Of a DNA stretch of 64,000 nt, positions 27,282-37,112 are shown one piece after another (the first letter of the stretch is position 1; each line of letters starts with the position of its first letter). A program made the position numbers and the translations under genes. Under the pieces are notes generated by a model. The model saw only the letters and a list, made by a program, of their open reading frames with translations. It searched no databases and was not told the origin of the DNA. This stretch comes from a virus (Duplodnaviria > Caudoviricetes): positions 292-64,291 of the IMG/VR virus record IMGVR_UViG_3300009788_000012; one strand, given 5' to 3'.

Positions 27282-29183
27282 CTAGCTGTTACTTACTCGA
27301 TGCGCAGTAAAATCAATGCGCTCTATTGTCATCGGATCGGCCAAGGAGCCGTCGCTGGATGCCTCTATCTCTATATAGTCACCATCTGCCAGCGTTACCA
27401 ATCCAGAGACTCCTATTGAGGTGTCGTCATTATTCCCCATGGTGGCATGCGCAATTGACAGCGTAGCGTCATACGAACCATTCTTGCTGAGCCTAACCTG
27501 TATGTGCTTATCTGGAGTAGTCGCATCCTTGAGCGTCACAGAAGCGTCGACGTGATAAATTCCGCCGCCCGCAGAGCCGGCTAGTAATGCACTACGGCCC
27601 TTCACGTCTTCCGTGGCGTCTCCGGTTGCCGCTGCGTTCAAAAGGGGCAGATCGATTCCTATGAGATCGGTTCCGCCATCAAAAGTAACAACATAAGTTC
27701 CCGCTCCGCCAGTTACGCTAACGCTGCCACCAGCGGCAGATATTGTGCTCAGTAAGTTGAGTGCGTCTTCTACTTCCTGCGCGGTTGAGGCCGGGCTCAA
27801 AGTCGATGTGGCCTGCCCTCTGAAGCTAACCGTCTCAGATGCGCCAATGGTTAGCGTCTGGACTTCGTTCACGATGTTGGACGCCAAAAGGGTTGCCCCG
27901 CTTGAATGGCCAGAAATCATGGCCCCGAAAGTAACGAACGTATCATCCGGCACATCGTCTTCGTCGTAGAAGTGTGGCATGTCTACGTCTCTGTAAATAT
28001 GCGCATAGGCTTCTTTGACGAGGCTGGCGCCATCACTCAGCGCGGCAGAAGTTATCTGTACGTCGTTGATCTTGTAGACTTTGCCAGAAGCTACGTCCAT
28101 GTTTCCTGAGATGGATACGTCTCCATCTTTGAGGAGGCTTGCGCCGTCGCTCAGGGCGGCGGACGTTATCTGCACGTTGTTGATTTTGTAGAGTTTCCCG
28201 GAGGCGATATCGAGGTTTCCACCAAAGGTAGCGTCACCCTGAGTGCCGTCGATGGTCAGGGCCACGCCCGAGTCCCAGTTGACAACAAAGTCAACATCGG
28301 CTGAGCCGGAGTTGAGCGTCACTGCGCCGGTGTTCTTGACTATCGCAGAATCGTTGGTCAGATTGGATGAAGAAATTTCCGTTCCGTTAACACGATACAC
28401 GCCCTCCGTGTCAATGTCACCAACTGCATTGAATCCGTAGCTGCCAGTGTTTTTACCCTGGCTAATGCGCCCCGTCAGGCCGTCCATGTAGAAGCCGAAG
28501 TTATTCCCCAGCCATGACATATTAATGTTGATGTCTTTCTGATCTTCATTAAAGTTGACAATAGAAGTGCCAAGCTGAAGTGCCGTAGTTCCGCTTTCGG
28601 TGTTAAAGTTGATTACGTTCGGTAGAAATTCCAGGTTGGTGCCTTCATCACCCATATGCAAAAGGTGGCGTAACATCTTTAGCTGTCCGCCCTCGTTGAT
28701 TGCAAAAACGGTAGCCCCCGCACCGTCCTTGATCTGGAACTCCTCAGACGCACCGTCGTTATCCGCATCGAGTTGGAGAATGATATCTTTGTCGGAAGAG
28801 ATGGTCAGATCCGAATCAATGGCGCCGGTAATTGAGTCTAGCCGGGTGGTACCGTCCTCAATGTTATTGATAGCCGCAGTAATATCGTCCGCGTAGGCCG
28901 CAGTCCACGTGACTCGAACTGGCACTGCTGCGAGGAACGATTGCCCGCTCGTGCCTTCCTGAGCGCGTGTGACGGTGAGCGTATCGGTAGACACACCTGT
29001 CACTGTCATAATTTCGAAGTTGCTCTCGATGTCGCCTACTGTGATATGTACCTCGCTACTGCCGTCAGGAGCGAACGGAGGACCATCGCCAGCCTCGACG
29101 TTAAAGGTGGTCTGAGAATTGTCGATACCGGCATCGAGTGCGCTACCGGCAGCGTTTCTTACTTTTAGGAATGTGGTGGTCAT
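27282..29183 (-). CDS. tail fibre / receptor-binding protein
   Basis: N-terminal EIMTVT...TLTVTRAQEGT anchor, internal GNxDxASGKxYKINxVQITSAALSDGASL duplication, C-terminal C1q-like GIYHVDASV...LADGDYIEI domain. Confidence 0.75.
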   Translation of the reverse strand: MTTTFLKVRNAAGSALDAGIDNSQTTFNVEAGDGPPFAPDGSSEVHITVGDIESNFEIMTVTGVSTDTLTVTRAQEGTSGQSFLAAVPVRVTWTAAYADDITAAINNIEDGTTRLDSITGAIDSDLTISSDKDIILQLDADNDGASEEFQIKDGAGATVFAINEGGQLKMLRHLLHMGDEGTNLEFLPNVINFNTESGTTALQLGTSIVNFNEDQKDININMSWLGNNFGFYMDGLTGRISQGKNTGSYGFNAVGDIDTEGVYRVNGTEISSSNLTNDSAIVKNTGAVTLNSGSADVDFVVNWDSGVALTIDGTQGDATFGGNLDIASGKLYKINNVQITSAALSDGASLLKDGDVSISGNMDVASGKVYKINDVQITSAALSDGASLVKEAYAHIYRDVDMPHFYDEDDVPDDTFVTFGAMISGHSSGATLLASNIVNEVQTLTIGASETVSFRGQATSTLSPASTAQEVEDALNLLSTISAAGGSVSVTGGAGTYVVTFDGGTDLIGIDLPLLNAAATGDATEDVKGRSALLAGSAGGGIYHVDASVTLKDATTPDKHIQVRLSKNGSYDATLSIAHATMGNNDDTSIGVSGLVTLADGDYIEIEASSDGSLADPMTIERIDFTAHRVSNS

Positions 29184-29434
29184 GCGTGTTTCTCCCTCAG
29201 ATCCTTACGGATAAGATCAATATCTTGCTTGCAAGAACAATCCAGCCGACGTTTCTCGCAAATTTCGTGGGGGACCATCTTGCCCATCGTTAGCTCGAGC
29301 CTGGTGAATGTTTTGTTTATGTCGATAAATGTTTTGTTTATTTTGTCTAGTTGGTGACTGATGAATCCGCATATAGGCAGGACGATAGTCACCAATAAAG
29401 CAACGGTCTTTAGAAGTTCAGTACTGATTATCAT
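29180..29434 (-). CDS. small membrane protein with coiled coil (holin-like candidate)
   Basis: One N-terminal hydrophobic helix (VALLVTIVLPICGFI) followed by heptads. Confidence 0.45.
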   Translation of the reverse strand: MIISTELLKTVALLVTIVLPICGFISHQLDKINKTFIDINKTFTRLELTMGKMVPHEICEKRRLDCSCKQDIDLIRKDLREKHA

Positions 29435-29754
29435 AGTGCCCTTTCGAAGAGGGCGAGGAACTTCTGCGCCTCCTGTGCGTTGGCCGTATCGGCATTATCC
29501 TCCAAGAGAGCGCGGTAAGCGGTGTAGTAGGCCAGCGCGCTCTCGTATCTGTCTCCGGTAGTCGAATTGAGCGTAACTACAGAGATAGAACCAATTGTCT
29601 CGAAGTCAGTCATAAAGAGATCTGGTCGAAGTCGATAAATCTCCTGTTCGCCAGCGTCGACATAATCATTTAATGTTCCGGTCGCCCACCTCGGTGTAGA
29701 AAAGGTGTCTTTCAGTAGGCGCCTCGCTAGAGCTACTACGGATGACTGTGTCAT
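29431..29754 (-). CDS. head-tail adaptor-like protein
   Basis: ARRLLKD...RW...LNDY...EIYRLRPDL...ALAYYTAYRAL pattern; position after capsid genes. Confidence 0.6.
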   Translation of the reverse strand: MTQSSVVALARRLLKDTFSTPRWATGTLNDYVDAGEQEIYRLRPDLFMTDFETIGSISVVTLNSTTGDRYESALAYYTAYRALLEDNADTANAQEAQKFLALFERAL

Positions 29755-30323
29755 ATGAGTGGTATCTCCACTAGTATATTCTGGCTTCTGCGTTCGACAA
29801 CAAACTCGCTTCTTGCGGTAACAATTTCTTGTTCAAAAAGCTGAAAGTTGAGACGAGAATTAACCTCATCTCTCCACTGCCTCTTCATGTTCAGAAGCGT
29901 ATACAAAGTGCCTGCTACAAAGGCGCTACTCCATCTATTGACCATTCGCTCAGGGTACAGAGACATGGCAAGTCGAGGCCTCAGCACTACCGTGATAGAT
30001 AGCACGTCGTCCGCGATTGTGGGGGCCGGATCGAAAGTTATAACGCCACCAGGAGAGACAGTGTACTGGCTCTCCTGAACAATGGTGTCTTCCCTTAAGA
30101 CCTCGGTCACGCGTTCAATGTCTGTATCCCAGGTTCGCTCGAGTGTGTACGACGCCTGATCTGCTACCGTAGCAATGTCATCAAGAGTATCCAGGAAGAT
30201 GTTCGTCTCTTTGCAGAAGAGGCGAGCCATTTCATAGAGCTTCTGCTTTATGAAGTTCTCCGGACACCCCGGAACATAGGGGATTATGTGAGGAAGGAGC
30301 GTGCTCAGCTCTACGTCAGCCAT
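29751..30323 (-). CDS. head-tail adaptor / tail tubular A-like protein
   Basis: LLPHIIPYVPGCPE...ARLFCKET...AFVAGTLYTLL pattern; position. Confidence 0.65.
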   Translation of the reverse strand: MADVELSTLLPHIIPYVPGCPENFIKQKLYEMARLFCKETNIFLDTLDDIATVADQASYTLERTWDTDIERVTEVLREDTIVQESQYTVSPGGVITFDPAPTIADDVLSITVVLRPRLAMSLYPERMVNRWSSAFVAGTLYTLLNMKRQWRDEVNSRLNFQLFEQEIVTARSEFVVERRSQNILVEIPLI

Positions 30324-30861
30324 TATTTCCAGCCGCCTTATTAGCCTTCGCGAGTCTCTCCTTGGCTATGTTGCTTTCCTGCTTTTCCATGTTCTCACAT
30401 AGCTCCTTGATTTCAATCATGGTGTGACCGGGTACATCCATGTGCCATCGGTTCTTCACATATTCCACCATTTCGGACTTTTTAACTATCCGTTTCCATG
30501 GAAACTTCTTGCGTGCCTTGATTGGCTTAACAGGACTCTTGTCGGGTTCTCGCAGCACTATGTCGTCAAGCATAGTAACCACCCCTTGCTTGACGTACCC
30601 TACTTCCCAATCCGGATGGATGTTGGCCAGCACCTTAGTCCATGTAAAGACCACTCCGTCGGGGCGCCTAACTATTCTCGTTTTGCTGCTATCGAAACCG
30701 ACATCAACTCCAGGATCGGATGGCACGACCGCCGGAGCCGAATCGTTGGAAGAGACGTTCAAAACAAGCTCAACGTCCAGCTCTTCAGTAATTGTCATGT
30801 CGGTCAGTTCGAGATCTTCCGGTACACCCATATGGGTTGCTTCAATATTTTTGTCTTCCAT
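30316..30861 (-). CDS. hypothetical protein
   Basis: Start at MEDKNI (GGAG upstream), after a GC hairpin at 30902-30936. Confidence 0.55.
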   Translation of the reverse strand: MEDKNIEATHMGVPEDLELTDMTITEELDVELVLNVSSNDSAPAVVPSDPGVDVGFDSSKTRIVRRPDGVVFTWTKVLANIHPDWEVGYVKQGVVTMLDDIVLREPDKSPVKPIKARKKFPWKRIVKKSEMVEYVKNRWHMDVPGHTMIEIKELCENMEKQESNIAKERLAKANKAAGNNG

Positions 30862-30945
30862 CTTGCTTCTCCAATCATTTTGTTTTGCTCCTTTATGATG
30901 TGCGCCAGGAAGAAGGAGCAGGACTCCCTGGCGCACAAATTGCTA

Positions 30946-31395
30946 CTAGATTACTTCGTAGCAATGACAAGCGAATTCGATTACCGCCGTATCGGTGTCG
31001 TCGTCGTTCACCTCGACAGAAATGACGGCGGCGGATGTATACAGCCTACCATGCGAGAACGCGGGCAAGAATGTATTTGGAGTTCCATCAACCAAAATAC
31101 CGGGCTTAGAACCAGAGACAGCAACAGCGTTAATGTCGAGGCCGTCAATCCAGCGGTCCTGATCACCGCCAAAATCACCAACGTCAACAGTAGACGCGGC
31201 GCCCTCGGCGGTAGTAACACTTGCAAAGACGCCGATCACGTAGGTGTTGGCGGGGATATTGAAAAGCTTGACAAAATCCCCGTCGTCCCCGTTGTCGACG
31301 GAGGCATCCCACGTTCTCTTTAAGACGAGGTGGTTGCCCGGGTTAATAGACGGAAGCTTAGTCGTTCCGCCAATTCTAAGATCTACAATCGCCAT
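30946..31395 (-). CDS. capsid decoration / minor capsid protein
   Basis: 149-aa beta-rich protein right after the MCP (IPANTYV, TTAEGAASTVDVGD); GAGGAG RBS. Confidence 0.65.
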   Translation of the reverse strand: MAIVDLRIGGTTKLPSINPGNHLVLKRTWDASVDNGDDGDFVKLFNIPANTYVIGVFASVTTAEGAASTVDVGDFGGDQDRWIDGLDINAVAVSGSKPGILVDGTPNTFLPAFSHGRLYTSAAVISVEVNDDDTDTAVIEFACHCYEVI

Positions 31396-31471
31396 GTTTT
31401 AATCTCCTCATGACTTTACTCGTTGAAAAATGAATTTCTACCCCGCACTGTGCAGGGTAGAAATCTCTAGC

Positions 31472-32389
31472 CTACAACTTGAAGTACAGGTGTCCCATAG
31501 CTTCAGGCTTCACAACCTTAAAGCCGTAGACCTGCAGAGCACGAAGCAAATCACCGAAGTCTTTCGGATTCGGGATTATGTTGTGCTCAACCATCTGACT
31601 TGCGAACGTGAGCGCCTCAGTCTGACCGAAGATGCTATGCCAAACCTTGACGGTGTCCGTCGCGGTAGCAATGTTATTCGAACAGAAGATGGTGAACCGA
31701 TCGATCATGCCAACCTTGCCGTTACGAAGAATCGAAACGTTGTCACCAGTAATGCTGGCGTCTTTGAGGTCGGACTTCTTGATCAGGCCGCAAGCGACAG
31801 GAGGCAAGACGATATAACGACCCTCGTCGGGGACGTTCTGCTCATCGAGGACAACTGCGCAATCGACAATCTTGGCCAAAATGGTAGACGCCGTAAGCTG
31901 GAACGGAGTACCAGAAACGCCAAGGTTAATAGAACCACTCTCGAGGCCAGCAGTAGCGCCAGTGTTGGCCGCGTGAACTTGAGAGTAGACAGCCGCAAGA
32001 ATATCGGAATCGATATTAATCTTGAGCGTCTTGGACGCATGTTCCGCCCACTTCTTCACGAAGTCGATATCGGACTGCTTCTTATCAACGGTGTTGATAG
32101 CGAGCGCCCAATATTTACCCTGGTCAATGTTCAGCGTAACTTTGCTGGGAGGCGGGTTCTCATAATCGAGATCCTGACCCTTGACATAGTCGCGAACAGT
32201 GATTGTCGGCAAGGTGCGAATTTCTACCTTGTCACCAGAACTCTTGATCTGGCCTTCATACTTCGTATTAGCAATTGCTCCGAAGACCGTGTCCTTATAG
32301 AACTCGATCAGAAGCAATGCAGCGTACAGTGTCGGGATGTAATTACCAGAAAGATCCGGATGTCCCGATGCGATTGGGTATACAGCCAT
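31472..32389 (-). CDS. major capsid protein (HK97 fold)
   Basis: YIPTLYA, IANTKYEGQI...GDKVEI, LNIDQGKY, LDEQNVPDEGRY, NGKVGMIDRFTI, FGDLLRALQVYGFKVVKPEAM. Confidence 0.9.
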   Translation of the reverse strand: MAVYPIASGHPDLSGNYIPTLYAALLLIEFYKDTVFGAIANTKYEGQIKSSGDKVEIRTLPTITVRDYVKGQDLDYENPPPSKVTLNIDQGKYWALAINTVDKKQSDIDFVKKWAEHASKTLKINIDSDILAAVYSQVHAANTGATAGLESGSINLGVSGTPFQLTASTILAKIVDCAVVLDEQNVPDEGRYIVLPPVACGLIKKSDLKDASITGDNVSILRNGKVGMIDRFTIFCSNNIATATDTVKVWHSIFGQTEALTFASQMVEHNIIPNPKDFGDLLRALQVYGFKVVKPEAMGHLYFKL

Positions 32390-32443
32390 TGCTGTTTTCC
32401 TTTCTTAAGAAACTGCGATATAGAGAAGAGAAAAATTTCTCTA

Positions 32444-33462
32444 TTAGTCAGGAACTACTCGACCTTCCCTATAAGCAGAATCGATTATTTCTTCGATTTC
32501 AACGGCACGTTTTTCTGTGAAGTCCTTTTGCGTAAGTGCAGTAGCCATCGCCTGTATCTCCGTAACGGTGTATATTCTGCCTTCTGGCTGCACCGGTTGC
32601 GGAGCGGAAGCTGCCGTCTGCGGCATTACCTGAGACTGGAGCGATGGTTGCTGAGGTTGAGTAACGACTGGCGCCACAATGGGCACTGCCTTACTCGCTC
32701 GGTAAGCGTTAAAGATCGCAGCCGCCGCGTAGGGGTTGAGATCTTTTTCTGCCGTCTCGAGCGTAGCCGAACGCAACTGATGGCTAAGAGGATCAACCTG
32801 ACCGAGCCAGAGCAAAAACTCCGGGTCGTCATTGTCGTCTTTCCACTTTTTCGCTACCTTATCCAGCGTAGAAAAAAAGTTATTCGTTGCGTCTGACTGT
32901 GCGCGTTCTGTTGCCTGCTTCGACTCAAGCTCGTTACGCAGTTTATCTACTTCTCGACCGACCACATTCTGGGCGATCTTCTGCGCAATACCTGTCACTT
33001 CTTCACCGTACCCTAACTCTTCTTCAGTAAATCCGAACGGATTATTCGGGTCTACATTTGCTTCCTCGTCCTTTTTCTCGATGAGTTCACGTAAAGATTT
33101 AAGCTCTTCCTGGCTACGCTTAGTATCCGCCCGGAGTTCTTTCGTCTCTGCGTTGTACTTGCCCTGCAAAACCCTGTAGGCCTGCTCGGCTTTTTCTCGA
33201 GCTTCTTGTTCCGCCGTTAGATCCTGTGTTCCCTGGTCGACCACAGGAGCCGCTACTGGCGCGGTGTTCACTGCTGGTGTCACGGGAGCAACATCTGTTG
33301 GGACTTGAGATACGATTGGTTGCACGTCATTGATAACAATAGGTACGTCACCCACGGGGTTAACGTTTTTTCGGTGCCCATGGACTCTGTGCTATTTGCT
33401 GCTGCCAATAATGCTTCCAATTTCTCTGTCGCCTGTTCCGGAACTTCTGTTTCTACTGACAT
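32444..33462 (-). CDS. capsid scaffolding protein (apparent frameshift near 33366-33371)
   Basis: Acidic/Pro-rich N-terminus, YRVLQGKYNAE coiled coil, NDDPEFLLWL, IDSAYREGRV; directly upstream of the MCP. The main frame 32444..33355 lacks an RBS and an upstream ATG ORF (33462) is out of frame. Confidence 0.75.
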
Positions 33463-33586
33463 TCTTTCTCGCTTTCTGCTCTTTTGTGAGCCTGCTTGTG
33501 GAGTAAAGTACCCCAATAAGGTATTCACTTTTTATTCAAAACACTTAAGCCGAGCGAGTGGCCTCGAGACCACCCCAATTCGGTGT

Positions 33587-33814
33587 TTAAGTGGTAGTGC
33601 TCAACCTCGTTTGTAACTCCCTCGAATTGTCAACCGTCTCCAGTATCTCTTTAAGGGCCAACCCTTCGCCGCCGAGTCTCGGGTCGGGATTTGATAGGTT
33701 AATATCCTTGATTGACTCAAGGGACTCCCGGAACCAGCCGAGAATTACCTTGAAGTCCTGGTTGTTGCCCAACTTGATAATTGACTGTAGTTGTTCTATC
33801 GAAATTCTCTTCAT
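33587..33814 (-). CDS. small conserved protein between portal and scaffold
   Basis: 75 aa, DFKVILGW...RLGGEGLALKEIL; typical position. Confidence 0.6.
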   Translation of the reverse strand: MKRISIEQLQSIIKLGNNQDFKVILGWFRESLESIKDINLSNPDPRLGGEGLALKEILETVDNSRELQTRLSTTT

Positions 33815-34023
33815 TAGAATCTCCCCCGTAAGATGCGCCAGGCTACAGCGATTCGCTTTCGAAGCGGCAACTTATTGAGTGACGTGCTGAGCTTTTCACT
33901 AATCTCTTTTGCCTGTGCCTTCGCCTGCACCTGAAGTGCCTTTAGCAACTTCTTGCGTGTCTTGGGCGTCATTTCTTTTGGGGTTGTGGTCTGTAAAGCA
34001 ACCGCCTTTTTCTCTTTACCCAT
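33814..34023 (-). CDS. small basic hypothetical protein
   Basis: Coupled to the portal stop; ends LPLRKRIAVAWRILRG. Confidence 0.55.
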   Translation of the reverse strand: MGKEKKAVALQTTTPKEMTPKTRKKLLKALQVQAKAQAKEISEKLSTSLNKLPLRKRIAVAWRILRGRF

Positions 34024-35983
34024 TTCCTGCTCCTTCTTGTGGCAGCGCGGCTTGCTGAGCCTGTTGCTCTGCCTGTTTAATCATTTCTTCGTCGGTTGGA
34101 ACAATATCGTCAGCATTGAATCCATGGGCATCGATAACGTCGCGCAAGAGGCTTGCTCGGCCACGAAGCCCTATGATTGCCAGATCGGTTGGGTTGTTAG
34201 TATTAGCCATCAGCTCGTTACGTCTGAGCTGTTGCTGTTCTTTGACCAACTCATGCAGGGCGCCGCGTGGGACTACCTGGGCGTCACCCTTGATAGCCTT
34301 ATCGATATCAGGGTTCATTAGGTTCCACTGATAGATGTACTCCACTGCCGGGCGAAGCACGTCCTCATCGACATTTCCAATTACACGCTTGATGCCGCGA
34401 CTTGCTGCTGTCATCAGCATGCTGAGTCCGCTGGCCGTATCTCCCGCGCCGCCTACGTTTGCATTGCCGTGCGTGAATCTAGGTATAAGGGTGCGGTCGT
34501 CTGCCTTCTGTTCAAAGTACTCGGCCACCTGCTGAAGTTCTCCGGCATTACTGACGGGTTGGAAGAATGTGATAGGCTGTCTGCCGGCTGTCTTTTGACC
34601 ATCGTATGGAACGACCATCCAGGGAGCGACTTTACTATAGTCGTAACCTGGCGCTACGGCATTTACGTCTACTCCGACCATTGGTCCGGAGGCGAGCGCC
34701 ATATTGTTGACCAAAGCCCGCATAGCGTTATTGTTGCCAACCTGGGTATCGCGCATCTTCTCGGGGATACTCTTGCCCCACAAAGAAGAAGGCACCTTCT
34801 CGAAGGAGGTGCCGAAGTAGGGTCGCTTGTCGAGGGGGTGCGGATTAAGTATTGCGTTAACAACTTGATCGTCGATGAGTACTGCTTTAATCTGGTAGTA
34901 TGCCAGATCGTCTTCTACGCTACCACCCCACTCGTTGTACATCTTGCCTTGTACTGGCCCCCAGAACTCGATGGCTTTCAAGATGGACGGCGCCATGCCG
35001 CTATTTTTGGACACATCTCTGTTTTCCACATCGGCTCTTTCGGATTCCCCGTCAGGGATAGCGGCAAGATCGGAAACCTCTGTTTTGCCAAGGATGATGT
35101 CAATCGCCTTAGTATCCCAACCTTCGATGCCGCGCATCTGAGCAAGCGCCTGACGATCCATCTCCATAGTTTCGCACAGGTAGCTGTCCTGCATACTCCT
35201 TGCGTTTGGAGCCGGATAGATGTCGTTTGGATCGATGGCCTTCCATGTGGGTACGATCTTCATCTCCGAGACAAGGGTTCCGTCTTTCCACACCAGTACA
35301 GGCCTGCGCTCCAGCACTGGACCTTTGATAACTGCGAGCTGATAGGTGGTGAGATGTTGGATGAACTCGACCATAGTCTTTTTGAAGTCGCCGTCTGCGA
35401 ATTGGTCTTCGATCTGAGTGGTCATTCGGTCAGACTTTTCTTTAGCTTCGTCCTGAAGGAATGCGAGCTGCTGATCATATAGTTCGAATGCGAGTTCCTG
35501 GATCTCTTCGGGGGTTGGTTCCTGCCCCTTGAGTTCTTTCGCGATTTCGTTTGCGATTTGTGCTTTGTCGTCTTCGGACAGAGAGGGGATGGGGGTGGGC
35601 TCGAGCGACCAAGGGTTATCGCCTTGACCAGAGATTACGTCTTGAATCCACGCCTCGGCGGCGTCGCACTTCGTCTCGGTAATGTTAAAAAATAGGTCAG
35701 AGCCACCACGAGCTTGAATCAAGGCTAGATCGTTGGGGTCATAGTCGCCGTTGCGCTGTCGCTGTGACTGTTGAAGGCGAGTGTTTACGTTCATGGCGTT
35801 GCGGTGATTGGCTGCTTCATCGAAATTACCCTTGACAAATGCGGCCAAAAGGGTGGTATTGACTTTGGGAGCTATGGCGCGTTCGCGCTTCTCGTCGCGT
35901 TCTTCTTGATCAGATATTAGATCGTCTACCGATTTCCTGATTAATATTCCCAAGCTCTGTCCTTTTGTGGTTAACTCACCCAT
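34016..35983 (-). CDS. portal protein
   Basis: ~655 aa; TETKCDAAEAW, LEPTPIP, KGPV, EFWG, SLWGKSIP, NNMALASGP, TASGLSMLM, GDAQVVPRG; first gene of the head module. Confidence 0.88.
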   Translation of the reverse strand: MGELTTKGQSLGILIRKSVDDLISDQEERDEKRERAIAPKVNTTLLAAFVKGNFDEAANHRNAMNVNTRLQQSQRQRNGDYDPNDLALIQARGGSDLFFNITETKCDAAEAWIQDVISGQGDNPWSLEPTPIPSLSEDDKAQIANEIAKELKGQEPTPEEIQELAFELYDQQLAFLQDEAKEKSDRMTTQIEDQFADGDFKKTMVEFIQHLTTYQLAVIKGPVLERRPVLVWKDGTLVSEMKIVPTWKAIDPNDIYPAPNARSMQDSYLCETMEMDRQALAQMRGIEGWDTKAIDIILGKTEVSDLAAIPDGESERADVENRDVSKNSGMAPSILKAIEFWGPVQGKMYNEWGGSVEDDLAYYQIKAVLIDDQVVNAILNPHPLDKRPYFGTSFEKVPSSLWGKSIPEKMRDTQVGNNNAMRALVNNMALASGPMVGVDVNAVAPGYDYSKVAPWMVVPYDGQKTAGRQPITFFQPVSNAGELQQVAEYFEQKADDRTLIPRFTHGNANVGGAGDTASGLSMLMTAASRGIKRVIGNVDEDVLRPAVEYIYQWNLMNPDIDKAIKGDAQVVPRGALHELVKEQQQLRRNELMANTNNPTDLAIIGLRGRASLLRDVIDAHGFNADDIVPTDEEMIKQAEQQAQQAALPQEGAGNG

Positions 35984-35996
35984 AAGGGAGGGTGTC

Positions 35997-36092
35997 AATC
36001 AGGGCAACAAAAAACGCGCACAATGAGGTGAGTACTCACTGTGCGCGTAAACGCTTTGGACGGCGGGGATCAATCCGCTTGTTGCCCTGATT
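35997..36092 (-). promoter_or_regulatory. structured leader of the portal operon containing an intrinsic terminator-like hairpin
   Basis: 14-bp inverted repeat AATCAGGGCAACAA/TTGTTGCCCTGATT enclosing the hairpin ACGCGCACAGTGAG...CTCATTGTGCGCGT followed by a T run. Confidence 0.65.
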
Positions 36093-36106
36093 CAACTTTC
36101 GAAGTG

Positions 36107-36136
36107 ACTATACCACAAAGGTGATAGTAATGTCAA
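36107..36136 (-). promoter_or_regulatory. sigma70-type promoter for the head operon
   Basis: TTGACA-18 nt-TATAGT with extended -10 TG. Confidence 0.7.
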
Positions 36137-36175
36137 GAACAAATAATCCCGGCTTTTCTTGAAAATCAATTAAAT

Positions 36176-36886
36176 CTAGGAGCTTCTATCCCAGCTCCTG
36201 GTAATCTTGCCGTCGACATGGCACTTAAAGGACTGTGCTGCCTTTTTGTTAATAATCATGTCACAACGCTTAATGATGTGTCCTCTGTATATTTGCCCAA
36301 TCATCTCATTGAACAGAACGACCCATTCCGACCAAGGCAGAAGATCCAGGTAGGGTACACATCTTCGAATGTGAGTCCAGTCGTTACAATCAGTGAGTGT
36401 GGAAAATTTCAGATGAGCCCGATGTTCAAACTGATCAATAAACGAATCTAGGCTATCCCTCGTTCCTAACTGCCCTGAATAGATAATCGTGCTTATAGTC
36501 AGGTCCGAAGAGAAGTCAGATTGGCTAGGAAGCCGCCAAAGGCCAGACGGGTAGTTTGATATATTGAAGCAATCTATTACTCCGTCCACAGATTTGAGTA
36601 TTGACGGGAGGGTATAGTTCGTCGTAAGGACAGATCGAAGTTTGGACTCGCGCACAAGGTGCGCTATTTCCTTGAGTCGAGGATGCATGCACGGCTCCCC
36701 ACCCGTTAGCAGGACATCTTCGAGACCTTGTTGTTCGGCGAAGCTAATGGCGTTAGCTACGCTGTCAAGAGAAATAAACCCCTTGTCGCCCCTGTATTTA
36801 TCAATGCAAAACTGGCACGACTTGTTGCACTCATGCGTAAGTACTATGTTTATATACGAGCCCGCCACTTGTTTTACTGAGAACAT
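36176..36886 (-). CDS. radical SAM enzyme
   Basis: CNKSCQFC (CxxxCxxC), LTGGEP, LTTN. Confidence 0.88.
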   Translation of the reverse strand: MFSVKQVAGSYINIVLTHECNKSCQFCIDKYRGDKGFISLDSVANAISFAEQQGLEDVLLTGGEPCMHPRLKEIAHLVRESKLRSVLTTNYTLPSILKSVDGVIDCFNISNYPSGLWRLPSQSDFSSDLTISTIIYSGQLGTRDSLDSFIDQFEHRAHLKFSTLTDCNDWTHIRRCVPYLDLLPWSEWVVLFNEMIGQIYRGHIIKRCDMIINKKAAQSFKCHVDGKITRSWDRSS

Positions 36887-36896
36887 TTAATCTTCC

Positions 36897-37112
36897 TCAA
36901 TCGGGAAACTCCTCTTCCCAGAATTTGATATCCATCAATCGCTCCGGCACCAGGTCGCCGGCTGCGACGTGCTCTTGTAGGTGGGCTATAATGTGAGGCG
37001 GGTGGGCGCTCTTGAATGCACATCCACACACTAAAATACCATCTTCGCTGCCGTCGTCGGTGCAGTAGAGGTAGATGTCGCTGTCGAATTCTGTTGAGCG
37101 GCAGTAGCTCAT
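36897..37112 (-). CDS. hypothetical protein
   Basis: MSYCR...SDIYLY...HLQEHVAAGDLVP; coupled to the upstream gene. Confidence 0.6.
   Translation of the reverse strand: MSYCRSTEFDSDIYLYCTDDGSEDGILVCGCAFKSAHPPHIIAHLQEHVAAGDLVPERLMDIKFWEEEFPD

Noticed and set aside
27282-29183. Diversity-generating retroelement target in the fibre gene
   Set aside because: No reverse transcriptase and no template/variable repeat pair seen; the duplication is an in-frame protein repeat.
31430-32896. 488-aa plus-strand ORF and other long antisense ORFs (e.g. 16051..17142, 34469..35482, 30424..31323)
   Set aside because: They shadow well-supported minus-strand genes and lack RBSs and recognisable motifs.
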